A stretch of DNA of 64,000 nucleotides from Callorhinchus milii. Its lineage: Eukaryota. Numbering within the stretch: the stretch's first letter is position 1; every line of letters begins with the position of its first letter. Positions 12,705 through 25,115 of the stretch are shown piece by piece. The notes under the pieces were generated by a model that worked only from the letters and a program-made list of their open reading frames with translations, was not told the origin of the DNA and did not search any database. The DNA is taken from positions 66,094,001-66,158,000 of the forward strand of contig NW_024704742.1 of the NCBI RefSeq assembly GCF_018977255.1. The letters run 5' to 3'. A program made the translations under genes and the position numbers.

Positions 12705-13310
12705 CAACATTACTCATTTTCTCATTCTTTTCAATCACAGTGTGTATGTGTGTGTCTTGTATTATGAAGCTTGGCCCTTCTAGCTATCAGAAAAAGACTC
12801 ATAAAATGAGATTAATGCTTCAAAATCACTCCAAGTATCTGTTACTACTTCCAGTATATACTGTGGAGTTGGTGGGGACAGTTTTATGAAGAAAATAAAA
12901 TCCCTACAAATCCCACATTTCATTGTGTCAAATGCCCGCCTATCTATTTTCTGTGTGAATGTATCAGAAGCAGATATATAGAATTGTCTAGCACACTACT
13001 ATTAAGGCTATAATTTCCCACAGGACTTTAGGTGACATCATAGGACTAGAAAATTAAACTCAAGTACTTTATGTTTTTAACTGAAATGCCAAAGTTTAAA
13101 TTACAGCCTTAATACCCAGTGCCAACCACCTATAATTGTTTTTATTGTGTATACTATATACTCAATAAAAATAGTTCTAATAACAGGGAACAGCGGAGCT
13201 GAAATTACACTGAGTCAAGACTGTGGGAGGCCATTTTAATGTTAGCATTTCACTTTCACCATGATTCACTGGAAACAAATCACATAGTACAAAGGAGCAA
13301 TTGAATTATT

Positions 13311-13520
13311 TGTAACAATGTATGACAATGGTATTATTTCATATTAATGTGTAGCATTTGAATCATATTGCAACAATGTAACTAAAAAAAATAAATATTT
13401 TGCAACAATGTGTAACAATGGAATTATTTTATATTCATGTGTAGCAATATAGCAATGCAATTATAGTATTTGTAACGTTGTTTAACAATGGAATGACATG
13501 ATGACATTGTACAACAGTGA
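13311..13520. repeat. Degenerate AT-rich tandem repeat rich in AACAATG
   Basis: Units at 13311 and 13401 (TG[T/C]AACAATGT.T.ACAATGG.ATTATTT.ATATT.ATGTGTAGCA), with a partial third unit near 13470. Confidence 0.7.
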
Positions 13521-13816
13521 AATTCTGTAAAACAGAATTATTGAAGCTGTTGTATAATTGCAGCTGAATTCTGGTTGTATATCACGCATTGACATCTTTG
13601 TCATCTCTGGACAAAATTACTCATGGAACATCTGCCAAACAGTTGTTTTCCTTCAGCCTAAAATCTCTTCCGGTGCTGTGTTTAACAGCCTATTTCCCTT
13701 GCGTACAGTATCCCACCTTTTCTACAGCTCCCAAAGGCTTCATTGCATAAAGACTTACAGCACACGTGTGTAACATGTGAAGCCATCCTTACACTAGACC
13801 CCAAATAATATGAACA

Positions 13817-14200
13817 AAATAATAATCCTTGCATTTTTATAACACCTTATCACATCGTCAAGACGTCTCAAAGCATTTCACAGGATCTGAATGTGAAGTA
13901 GATGAATATGGCAGCAAATATGCACATAGCAATGTTCCACAAACAATCCTTTGGTGCATGACCATTTTAATCTGGGGAATATTTGGCCAAGTCACTGGGA
14001 GAAACACCCTTCTCTTTTTGAGCAGCGCCACTTAATGACCACCTAACCAGACAAATTGGACCTCAGGTTAATGTCTCATCTGACGGACGCTCCTTTGACA
14101 GTACATCAAACCTCCAGCACACTGAATTGGAGTGTCAGCCTAGATTCTGAGTTCATGGTCCCAACATGGCAAGAATGTGACCAGCTGAGACAGACTGACC
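13817..14200 (-). mobile_element. SINE B, diverged
   Basis: Tail, Deu domain and GGAGTGTCAGCCTAGA segment. Confidence 0.7.
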
Positions 14201-14611
14201 CACAGGTTTATCTGGCTTTTGAAAAAAGCTTCACTGCATGTTAATTTCCTTGGTTTCTAAAGGTGCGTTCAAATACCTCCACCTCCAAAAGGAACTCATT
14301 CCTTCTCAGTCTGTTTCTCATGATATCCTTTAGATATTAGGTTTTAACAATGGAAAAATCTAATTATTTTCATCCCCAAGTATTAAGTTACATTCTTGAG
14401 CACTTAACAAATGGTGAAGAGAATTGGAGAAGAGAAGGCTATTGGAGACAGCATTAGGAGGGATGGAAGTTTGTGTGGGGTATAACACTGACACAGATTA
14501 GTTGGGCCAAATGGTCCATTTCCATGCTGTAAAGTTTAATGTGCACTCCACAAAATTCTTCAAAATACAGTGACTGCGAATGAGCAGTGATTTTATATTT
14601 GTGGACAGATT

Positions 14612-14978
14612 GGAGTCCTGTAGCGTAGTCACTGGTTTCACAAGCAAGAGGATCCAGGTTTGATTCCTGGCAGGGTGAAACCGTAGGCAGTTTACTTACT
14701 CCGCATGTCTCTGTTTACCTAACAATAAGTAGAACCCTGTTGTTAGTCGATAGGCGGATTCCTTTCCTGGAACAAAAATTTCTCCCCCCAAATTTTGATA
14801 ATTTGGTCACTCATTCCATGACTGTTTGTGGGACACTGCTGTGCACAATTGGCTGCCACATTTCGTAAATAAAATGTAGTCAATTCACTTTACAGTATAT
14901 TCTGTGAAACGCTTTGAGACGTCTCAACGTGATAATGTGATAAGACGGTATATCAAATGCAAGGATTATTATTATTAT
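14612..14978 (+). mobile_element. SINE A, full length
   Basis: GGAGTCCTGTAGCGTAGT..GGTTTGATTCCTGGCAGGG, followed by the tail. Confidence 0.85.
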
Positions 14979-14994
14979 CATTGCAGAAATACTT

Positions 14995-15873
14995 TAGAAT
15001 CATAGAATATTACTGAAGGAGGCCACTTTGCCCATTGTGTCTGTGCCTGCTCTTTGGAAGAGCTACCCAATCAGTCCCAATCTCCCACTCTTTTCCTGTA
15101 TGCTTGCAATTTTTTTCTTTTCAAGTACCAATCCAATTCCCTCTTGAAAGTTGTTATTGAATTTGTTTCCACCACCTTTTCAGGCTTGCATTTCAGACTG
15201 TCAACAACTCTCTGGGTAAAAAAAATCTCATCTCCCACTGGTTCTTTTGCCAATTATCTTAAATCTGTGTCCTCTGGTTACCCACCCACCTGCCAATGGA
15301 AACAGTTTCTCCCTATCTACTCTATCAAAACCCCTCATAATTTTGAACACCTCTTTTAAATCTCCCCTTAACCTTCTCTTCTCCCAATCCCAGCTTCTCT
15401 AGTCTCTCCACGTACCTCATCCCTGGTACCATTCTGGTAAATCTCCTCTGCACTATTTCCAAGACCTTGATATCCTTCCTAAAGTGTGGTGCCCAAATTG
15501 AGCAATACACCAGCTGAGGCCTAACCAGTGATTTATAAAGATTTAGCAGAACTTCCTTACTTTTGTACTCTACTCCTCTATTTATAAAGCCAAGGATCCC
15601 ATATGCTTTTTTAACAGCTCTATCAATCTGTCCTGCCACCTTCAAAAACCTGTGTATGTGAACTTCACGTAGCTCTGCTCCTGAACTCCGTTCAAAACTG
15701 TACAATTTAGTGGATATTGCATCTCCTTATTCCTCCTCCCAAAATGCATTACCTCACACTTTGCATTAAACCTAATCTGCCATGTGTCTTCTCATTTCAC
15801 CAGTCTGTCTATATCCTCCTGCAGTCTTCTGCCAATCTCCTCACTATTTACTATGTTCCAAAGTTTTGTGTAA
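14995..15873 (-). mobile_element. CR1 LINE (shark HER1-like), 5'-truncated, decayed ORF2 C-terminus
   Basis: ORFs 15325-15705 (VKKAYGILGFINRGVEYKSKEVLLNLYKSLVRPQL..WAPHFRKD..VQRRFTRMVPG) and 15071-15253 (FFTQRVV..FKRELD). ATTCTATGATTCTA tail. Confidence 0.92.
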
Positions 15874-16451
15874 TTTACCTTCAATTTGAAGGATCCATCT
15901 CTTCATCAGGGACCTATGTTAGTGTTAAATGCAATCGTGGCAGAAATACATTGGCTGTTATCCCTCCCAGTTCTCGACAAGCATTGTTGAAGCTGGTTTG
16001 ACGAGGAAAACATTTTTCATTATTACCATAATAAAGAGAAATTGTTATAACTATATTTATTTTTACTGACTGAGTAATGCATTTCCCATTTATTTAAAAA
16101 GATTCCAAAGTGCTATTGCTGTTATTCAGATGGCCCCAGGTTCTATATTGCTGCCAGACTGCAATCAAGCTTTATATCATTAGTCAAAATATTTTAGTCT
16201 GATGGGCTCCCTATACAGGGTTTGATTGTGAAAGTGCAATTATTACTGGTGCCAGCTTGGCTAAAGTGCAAACAGTTCTTTTTTTATATAGTTTTGTGCG
16301 CCATCACTTTAAATGGAGCCATTGTGATATTTGGAATCAACTAATGTTGCGAGCTGGTTACAGTCAGGGGGTTGGAGAACTCAGACACAGGTCCGACATA
16401 AAGCAATGCCAACAACCAACCAACAACCACAATAACAACTTACATTTATAT

Positions 16452-16830
16452 AGTCAAAAGGTTGTGGATTCAAGCCCCATATCAGGACTTGGACTCACAT
16501 AGTCAAAGTGACACTCCAACACAGTGCTTAGGTGCACTACATTGTCAGAGGTGCTGTGCTTTGGATGAGACATTAAACTGAGGTCCTGTCTGGCTGTTCA
16601 AGTGGACGTTAAAGATCCCATGGCACTATTCGAAAAGAGAAAGGAGTTTCTCCCGGTGTCCTGGCCAACAATCACCCAAATAAAAAATATAGTCACTCAC
16701 TCCATGGCTGTTTTGAGACATTGCTGTGCGTAAACTGGCTGCCGCAAAATACACTATCCTATGAAGGGCATTGATACATTTTGAAAATGTGATAGGACGC
16801 TGTATCAAAGCAAGGAAGATTATTATTCTA
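16452..16830 (+). mobile_element. SINE B
   Basis: AAGGTTGTGGATTCAAGCCCC, Deu domain and tail. Confidence 0.8.
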
Positions 16831-16834
16831 AAAT

Positions 16835-17480
16835 TATTATATAGGGCATTTAATGTGTTTTGAAACACTTCACACAGCTGAGCCCGAGTTTGGTTTGGAG
16901 GGAGCTGAGCACGTGTGTGTGGGTAGTGGAGAGGGGGTGACCAAAAAGCACAGTCAAAAAGAAAGGTCTTAAACCAGGCTTTAAAGGTCAGGAAGGAGGG
17001 GGTGAAGCAGAGGGAATGAATGGCTAAAATCAGACAGAAGAAATGAATGGGCCCAGTGCTTGTTGAGTGCAGGTGGTCTGTAGCAATAGGGCGGTAGGAA
17101 GATACAGAGGTGACAGAGGAAGGAGCAAGTTTCTCCCACAAAATATACGGGAAGCGCTTTGAGACATCCCAACGAGGTGATAAGGCGAGGCGTGATATCA
17201 AATGCAAGGATTATTATTATTAAGGCTTGGAGGGATTTGAATATGAGGATGAGGATCTTGAATTTCATCCACTGAAATACTGAAAGCTAGTAGGAATGAG
17301 GCAAGAGAGGACATGGGCTGCAGAGTTCTGGATGGGTTGCAGAGTTCTGGATGTTCTGCAGCTTGTGTTGAGAGGAGCAGGGGATTCCAGTGAGCTGGAC
17401 ACTTAAATAGTTGAGCCTGGACATGATAAAGGCATGAATAAACATTTCGGCATCTCAGGGAGAGAGATAGTGGCATGATT
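16835..17480 (-). mobile_element. Old L2 fragment interrupted by a plus-strand SINE tail (17130-17222)
   Basis: KFKILILIFKSLQAL and FKAWFKTFLFDCAF motifs in the minus-strand ORFs. Confidence 0.7.
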
Positions 17481-17773
17481 TATGGTACACAGTGGGTCAT
17501 CTGATGTTGGGGCAGGGGTGTCATGGGGGAAATAAGGGAAAGGCGGTTCTAACTGGACAAGCCACAGGAAGCTTGCCAGACAAGCATGCAATGTGGTTTT
17601 AGTTGGTTAAATAATAACTTAGTCACTCAATCCATGACTGATTTTAGGACACTGCTGTGTGCAATTGGCTGCCACAGTCAATTCACTTTACAGTATATTC
17701 TGTGAAGTGCTTTGAGACATCTTGAAGACGTGATAAGGCTCTGGATCAAACACAAGGATTATGTTATTATTAT

Positions 17774-18022
17774 AGCAATGTCCCACAAACAATTGTGGGT
17801 AGAGTGATCAAATTATTATTTTTTTTGGAAGGGATAACCCTAACTCTAACCGCCGGAAAGTGTTCCACCAATCGACTATCAACCAAGTTCCTATTTACTG
17901 TTAGGTAAACAGAAGCGTATGGAATAAGGAAACTTGCCGAAGGTTTCACTCCACCCGGGAAACAAACCCACGTCCTCTCTCTTATGAGGTGAATGCACTA
18001 ACCACTACGCTACGGGACTCCA
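17774..18022 (-). mobile_element. SINE A lacking its tail, abutting a plus-strand SINE tail (17612-17773)
   Basis: Head GGAGTCCCGTAGCGTAGTGGTTAG on the minus strand. Confidence 0.8.
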
Positions 18023-18703
18023 CAATTAATTCTCCCCTAATGACCTGTGGGGTACTGCTCCCACCAATGGTTTTTATACCTCACTGGATTGAGTGGAGAA
18101 ATATTATTTGATACAATTCTGCTTGAGCAGTGAAACTTTGAGAACTTCAGGTCAAATCAAGGGGGTGGTCAGGACTTCACCCTGATGATGTGTTTTTAAC
18201 ACTCAAAATAAACCCTGCGGAGCATAGGAACAGGAATAGGCCATTTAGCCCCTCAAACCTGTTCCACCATTCTATTATATCATGGCTGATCTGTACCTCA
18301 AATCCAAATAATAATTTATTTTTGAAGAATTTGGTTTGTATTCTAATGAGCTTTGTATTCTTTTTTCTCCATAAAAATTCCTTTAAGGAAATTCAACCCA
18401 GAATACCTAAGCCTGGCTGGTGCCTCTGTGCTGGAATTCAGCGAGCTGGAACGTGTGGACTGATCGCAAAATAAATCGCTTCGCTGATTGGATCATTGCC
18501 TCTGTGGGACTTCTCTTGACTGCAAACAAATCAATCGGCCTCTAGCCTCCCCAAGGATGGCAGTATCAATGAGTTCCCAGTCACAGGCTGCACTTTTTTT
18601 ATCGACCCTCAAATATAGTGAGGAGCTGGGAGAAGTTGTCTGGGATTTGAACCCAGACACCTCCAGCCTCCAGTACAACCTCTCACTCAGGTAACTGGCC
18701 TGA

Positions 18704-18815
18704 TTTTTTTTTGTCAGCCGGGTGTCTGACACATGCAGAAACACATCACCGTGCTCAAGAATATCCAAACCAACCTGAGAATTCCATGCATCCCACCTAC
18801 ACATGGAAATTCTAG
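18704..18815 (-). mobile_element. RTE-X-like family 3' terminus with poly(A)
   Basis: T-run followed by GTCAGCCGGGTGTCTGACACATGC. Confidence 0.7.
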
Positions 18816-18817
18816 AT

Positions 18818-19687
18818 ACAACAACAACAACAAGATTCCATTTATAAAGCGCCTTTCACGTCAGGAGGACGTCCCAAGGCGCTGCACAGTTGGGTCATGA
18901 CCCGAGCAGGGGGGAAATGGTCAGAGTGAGGGAAGGGAGGGAGCGAGGAGGGGGGAAATGGTCAGGGTGAGGGGAGGGAATGGAGGGAGCGAGGAGGGGG
19001 AAGAGAGTCGAGAGGGGAGCTGAAGGCTCGGTCAAAGAGAAAGGTTTTGAGACACTGGGGGATAGAGTTCCAGAGCCTCGGGGCTGAGAGGCTGAAGGCC
19101 CGACCACCGATGGTAGGGCGATTGGGGTGGGGGACGTGGAGCAGACCGGAGCCAGAGGAACGGAGGGTACGGGCAGGTAGGTAGGGGGATAGTAGGTCGG
19201 AGAGGTAGGAGGGAGCAAGGCCGTGAATGGCCTTGTAGGTGAGGATGAGGATCTTGAAATCAATCCTCTGGGGGATGGGGAGCCAATGGAGGCGAGCGAG
19301 GGTGGGAGTGATGTGGTCCGAAGCCTGGTGCGGGACAGTACACGAGCTGCAGAGTTCTGAATGACCTGCAGCTTGTGGAGGGAGGTGGCGGGAAGGCCGG
19401 CGAGGAGAGAGTTCCCATAGTCCAGCCTTGAGGTGACAAAGGCGTGGACCAGTGTTTCAGCCGCGTGAGGGGTGAGGTAGTGCCGTAGTCTGGCGATATT
19501 CCGGAGGTGATGGAAGGCGGTGCCCGTTGTGGTGCGGATGTGAGGGAGAAAGGACAGCTCAGGGTCGAACAAAACGCCGAGGTTCCTGACTGGCTTTGAG
19601 AGGTGGAGAGTGCAGCCTTGGATGCTGATGGTGTCGGCGCCTAAGGTGCGGAGGCGCTGACGTGAGCCAATCAGGAGGGCCTCGGAT
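18818..19687 (-). mobile_element. Young L2-clade LINE, 5'-truncated (ORF2 C-terminal region, frameshifted)
   Basis: ORF 18895-19860 contains EALLIGSRQRL..VRNLGVLFDPELSF.PHI..AFHHLRNIARLR..LVHAFVTSRLDYGNSLLAGLP..LQVIQNSAARVL. (TTG)n tail; CpG-rich. Confidence 0.95.
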
Positions 19688-19855
19688 AGACAGCTAGCTT
19701 TCCTGCTGCTTGTCCAGCTAGGATTACCCTCCCCGTTGGGGCTTTGGCTTGCAGGGTTAAAAGGAGCTGAATGATATTTCCTTCTCCCAGGTGACTGATC
19801 TGCCCTTCCAAGTCCTTTGAACTCGAGATGTACAATTAATTTAGGAACATAGGAG

Positions 19856-20194
19856 CTCACAAGCGAGAGACCTGGGTTTGATTCCCGCCATGGTGAAATG
19901 TTGGCAAGTTTCCTTACTCCATACGCTTCTGTTTACCTAGAAGTAAATAGGTACCTGCTTGTTAGGTGATTGGCGTTTTTCTGGGGTGAATAATACCTTC
20001 AAGAACAAAATTATAATAAATTGATCACTTCAATCCACGTCTCTTTGTGGGCACTGCTGTGTGCAATTGGCTGCCGTGTTTCGCCCACAAAATATACAAT
20101 CAATTCACTTTGCAGTATATTCTATGAAGCTCTTTGAAATGTCTTGAAGACATGATAAGGCACTATAACAAATGCAATGCTTATTATTATTATA
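19856..20194 (+). mobile_element. SINE A, head partly truncated
   Basis: B box GGTTTGATTCC, middle domain and tail. Confidence 0.85.
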
Positions 20195-20299
20195 ACTGGA
20201 GGAGGCCACTCAGCCCTTCAAGACTGCTCCATCATTTTATTAGATCACTGGAGATCTTTTAATCCCATTCTCCTGCTTTTTCCACCAATACACTTTTAA

Positions 20300-20665
20300 T
20301 GTCAGCATGGATTAGTCGTAGCACTCATGCCTCCAACTCAGAAGGCTGTGGGTTAAAGCCTCATGTTGGAACTTTGAGCTCACTGTCCCGCCTGACACTC
20401 CCGTGCAGTATTGAGGGAGTGCCAGAAAGTCTTTTGGATGAGAAATTAAAGTAAGGTCTCATCTGCTTGATCAGATAGACGTTTTAAAGATCCCGTGGCA
20501 TGATTCAAAATAAAAGGGAGTTTCTCCCACTGTCCTGGCCAACAATCTCACAGATAAAATTGGTCATTTAGTTCAAAGCTGTTTGTAGGAGGGACACTGC
20601 TGTGTGGAAATTGGCTGCTGAGTTCATCTACAATATGTACAGTTCACTATACTTTACTGTGCACC
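20300..20665 (+). mobile_element. SINE B
   Basis: TGTCAGCATGG..CTCAGAAGGCTGTGGGTTAAAGCC, followed by the Deu domain. Confidence 0.75.
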
Positions 20666-21439
20666 CCGTTTTCTTCGTTCTGCATCAGATTTTCACAACT
20701 TCTTTGTTATAATAACCCCTTGTTATTTGCTGTTGCAGATGAGTCAAGTGTAACAATGTCTAATATCAGTAACTTCCTCCTCACTGTATCTATGTTACAG
20801 AAGATGTCTCACTGATCATAGCAACGGATCATTATCTGCCATGAAAATGATGGCGCTCAGTCACACCGATTCTCTGGATGTTTAAATACAGTTAAAACAC
20901 TTGTACTGAATACAATGAAGTCCTTCTAAACACAATTATCATCATTCTTCCACATGTTTCAGTTGTTGGTCAGTGCACTGTAGAAAGAAAAACATGAGGG
21001 TAACATGACTTTGTGAACATCGTGTCTTTTGAGGTGCAGATTGGAAAGTCTTGGAGCCCAAAACAGGAGCCCACCATAGAGCAGAATAACGCCCATTGCT
21101 TTGATGCCTTCTTATATCAGACACTGGCTTCACCTCATACACTTTATGGCACTTTATCAGCAGACTTGGAAACAAGCCTGGATCCTCCAGAGAAAGAACA
21201 TTTTGGTCTTTCTGCTTGTCCTGATAACAGCCTGTACACTTTGTCAAGGGGAAAACAATGGGGGCGGCTTGAAACATTCTGTACGTACTTACTAATCCAT
21301 AGAGTAAGAGGTTCTGCTGGCTTGTCATTGCTCTTTCGGTGATTTAAGCAGTTGAGCACTGAGGATCACGGTGAGTGCTCATTGACAGAGATTACTTTGT
21401 TAGTAAGTTGCTCTCACCAATAACAGAAAACAAATTACA

Positions 21440-21815
21440 TTGATTTCAAGACCCTCTCACTCAAACCGCTTCACACCCTTGCACCTCCCTTCCCTTCTAA
21501 CTTCCTTTCTCCCCATTCCACTACTAGCTGCCTCTGCTCGGCTGGCTCTAGCCTCCTCATTGTCCTACATCCCCTCCGGTCCACCATCAGCGGCCGTGCT
21601 TTCAGCCACTATGCCCCAAACTCTTTTCCTCAATCCCTTTGTCTTGCCCCTTCCTTCCCCTCTTTTAGATCACTCAAGACTGGAAACCTTCCTCTTTGAC
21701 CATGCTTATGGTCACCTCTTCCCTCCCCGTGGCTTGGTGTCAGGCTCTGCCACTGTTAAGCACTCTGAGTGCTGCTCACGTGAAGGGCACTATATAAATG
21801 CAAGTTGTTGTTGTT
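21440..21815 (+). mobile_element. L2 3' end, diverged
   Basis: RLETFLFDHAY motif. Ends GTGAAGGGCACTATATAAATGCAAG(TTG)n. Confidence 0.75.
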
Positions 21816-21967
21816 GACCTCTTTAATGTTACTGTTTATTACACTCTGACAGCCTCCCCTTTGCTCTGGCTGCTCCATGGATACACCCTGCGCTTCTCTG
21901 CTTCTCTCTGTGAATGTAGCAAATTGGCCGTCCTGGGTTTAGAAATAATCATGAAAAATCATAATAA

Positions 21968-22556
21968 GACTATCCTCCTTGGGGGGAGGTAAGTAGGGTC
22001 TCCTTGGAGCTGAACTAGCTCGAAAGTGACATGCCTGGCAATGGAATGTCAGAATCAAGCCAGCCTCTGTAGTGGTCTCGATGTAGTTCCTCAGCCAGGC
22101 GAGTCCACAGTATTACAGGGCACTGCTAATGACAGCACTGGCTCATTGGCAGAGCTTGAATTGCAGACCAGTCACTGGGGGCAGGGAGTATTCCCACTCA
22201 GCTCCTATTAACCCTGCAAGCCAAAGTCCTCTTGGTTAGTAGGGTGGTCCTAGCTGCACAAGCAGTGGGAAAGCTTGCCAGATAGTGCTCTCATTAGAAG
22301 CTATGCAGTTTTGGCTGATTAGACTCCAACAGTACCTCAATACACACTTTGGATCCTGCCAACCTGTGCCTCATACCTTCTGGAATTAGGTAAACAGGAT
22401 GTATCCCTCCAGGGAGAGAGAGAGCATTCCATTCTAATAAATATCTCTGGAATTTTCACGTGTTGATGGGATACATGGAATTCTCAGCTTGGACTGAATA
22501 CTCTTAAGCATGGAGATGAGTTCCACATGTATCAGACACCTGGCTGACCAAAAAAC
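21968..22556 (+). mobile_element. RTE-X-like LINE 3' end, longest UTR copy
   Basis: Begins ACTATCCTCCTTGGGG (TILLG, as at 48590) and ends TCAGACACCTGGCTGACCAAAAAA. Homologous to several other copies in the window. Confidence 0.7.
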
Positions 22557-22913
22557 ATGATAAACAACATGGTCTTATGTAATGTGGAATTATATGAAGT
22601 TATAAAATTATATATTATAAAATATATCTCCAGTGTATACTGTACCTCCTGTGTATACTGTAATAAAATCTTTTTGAGCTTCTGTTTCTCGCAAGCTCTG
22701 GTCTCAGTGGACTCTGTAAATATGTGTTTCCCTTTTACTATGTTGTAATTCCCGGAGTTATAATGAATGTTTCTCTGTTTGGCGAGCACGGTTGTTCCTC
22801 TGCTATTGATGTGTTCCAGGGGCAGCCAGTATTTACATACTGCGACGCTGATGAAAACCATCATTCAAATTTAGTCCTTTTACAAAATTTTGTTTTGCTG
22901 CCTACATTTACTA

Positions 22914-23313
22914 CCTGGCTCAGTTGGTAAGACTTTTGCCTCAGAGTCAGTAAGTTGTGAGTTCAAGCCCCAAGTCTGAATTTTGAACTCACATAGTCTA
23001 AGCTCACACGCCACCACAGTGTTGGCGGTGTGTTGAAGTATTCGAGGTGCCATCCTTTGGATGAAATGTTAAACTGAAGTCCCGACTGCCTGTTCTGGTG
23101 GACATTGAAGATCCCATTGCACCACGATAAGTGACAAAATTGGTACTTTCTTCTGCTGTTTGTGAGGTATTGCTGTGTGCAAATTAGCTGCCAGGTTCAA
23201 ATATAGCCATTACACTTTACAGTGTAGTGTAGGAAAGTGGGAAGTGCTTTGAGACTTCTCAATGACGTTGTAAGGAACTAAAACTAATATAATGATCATT
23301 GATATTATTATTA
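22914..23313 (+). mobile_element. SINE B
   Basis: CCTGGCTCAGTTGGTA..GAGTCAG..GTTCAAGCCCC, then Deu domain and tail. Confidence 0.75.
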
Positions 23314-24285
23314 ATCAATCCCAAAAAGGTGACTAGTAAAGATTGCATTTCGTCAGCAAGCAGCCTGTATTTGTAACTGCCACACGCCGTTTAACCCAGG
23401 ATGAGAAGTGAAACTTCAGAGAATCTGTCTATTCGCATATCACCGCCTCATCAGGAATGACTGAAAAGCATCCTATAAATATTAGTACAACGATGAAATT
23501 AGTAAGTGCTTCTGGTATCCACTGAGGTCACTTTCCCAGGCAATATATTTTGCTGAACACACAAGTCATAAGACATTATTTGCCGACACAGGGACATAGA
23601 GTGGCAGATGGATGGGACACGGCCATAACCAGGCAGATTGATGAGGGCGTTCTTAACACATGAAGGAAACAGATGAAGAGTTTGGAGCTTGACAAAATCG
23701 ATCGATTTGGATAGTTTTTCTGAGGCTGGGCTGAGTCAGGGCAGAGGCATGTCAGGAATGTGCGGCTAACTGGAAGCAGTACAGAGGGGCTCAGGGAGAG
23801 TCGTCGCCAGCGAGAAGCAGATGGTCCCTGGTCTATCTTTCCTTTGCTTTGTTTGTTTGTTCCCTGGAGTCAGTACAAGGGTTATCAAAGCCACAGTGAT
23901 GTGAAAAGCCACTGGCCCACTGTTTGAACATGATCAAGAAAAACACATACAAAAAGCAGAGCTTCACTGTCCTGACACAGGATACTTTCCAAACATAATA
24001 ATAGACAGAGGGTTGGAGAAGACACATTTGTGAGACTTTCTGTTGCAGGGCAGCACTTTAACTCCGGGAACTGTAACATAATGTTACATAATTCTTAGAA
24101 GTATCGATTATTTCAAAAGCAAATTCGATGGATTTCTTTTAGGAAATGATTCTATGAAATAATATCTCAGGATACAGTATATAATGTATATGTAGGTGTC
24201 ATTTTAGTTGAGCGTCCGTCCCAAAGTGAAGGGCCACAGGTTTATGTGAACATTACATCACCTCTGTTCATCATACAAAACAGCT

Positions 24286-24460
24286 TGGAATCCTGTAGCT
24301 CAATGTTTAGAGCACTTGCCTTGCAAGTGAGCAGACCTGGCTGCTGCGAATCGCTCACAAAATTCACAGTCAAATCACTTTACAGTATATTCTGTGACAA
24401 GCTTTGAGACGTTTCAAAGATGTGATAAAGCGCTATATCAAATGCAAGGATTATTATTAT
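24286..24460 (+). mobile_element. SINE A minimal form (head fused directly to tail)
   Basis: GGAATCCTGTAGCTCAATGTTTAGAGCACTTGCCTTGCAAGTGAGCAGACC|TGGCTGCTGCG, then the tail. Confidence 0.8.
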
Positions 24461-24847
24461 AGTTTGGGACATGACATGTGCAAGCAACTGCCAGGATGGT
24501 GGAAGGTGAACTGGTTGGACCTTGGTCTTCTTTCGTCTAGCAATTCCTAAGCTATTACTGTGTAGGCCCTACACAGCAAATGACAAAGTTCCATATGGGA
24601 TGCTTTTATCCTCCCGTTCCCACTCTCCTCAGCCCCACCTATATATTCCCACCTTATGGTGAGACATATGGTTTCTGTAAAGCATAGCAAGATGCTTTTC
24701 TTCATGAAAGCGGCTGTTATACAGGTTCTTTTCACCTGTGTTTAAGAGAACGTTAAAGATGACAGAATTAATGACAAATTTAGCCAGATGGATTGAAAAC
24801 TGGCATCCATAAGAGCAGTCACTGCGTGCGATAGTTTTTTTGCGGAT

Positions 24848-25115
24848 TTTTTTTTGGTCGGCCGAGTGTCTGACACATACAGAAACCTATCACCATTCTT
24901 AAAAGTATCCAAACCAGACTGAAGAGGAGGTGACCACATATATTTGCCACTGACAACCATGGAAATTCCCGTGTATTGGAATGGAATGCGCACTCTCTTC
25001 TTGGAGGGATGCATCCTGCTTATCTAATTCCAGAGAGCATTAGGCTCAAGTTGGCAAGAGCCAAAGCTTAGGGACCCCAGAGTGTGCATTGGGGGCACTG
25101 CTGGAGTTTAACAAG
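24848..25115 (-). mobile_element. RTE-X-like family 3' part
   Basis: T-run, then GGTCGGCCGAGTGTCTGACAC..GGAGGGATGCATCCTGCTTATCTAATTCC. Confidence 0.7.

Noticed and set aside
18480..18700. Possible very old tRNA-SINE on the minus strand (GGGATTTGAACCCAG)
   Set aside because: Only a B-box-like motif is visible and there is no second copy in the window to confirm it.
18895..19860. 321-aa ORF as a host gene
   Set aside because: It is a frameshifted L2 ORF2 fragment read through from flanking DNA, with no endonuclease or RT catalytic core.
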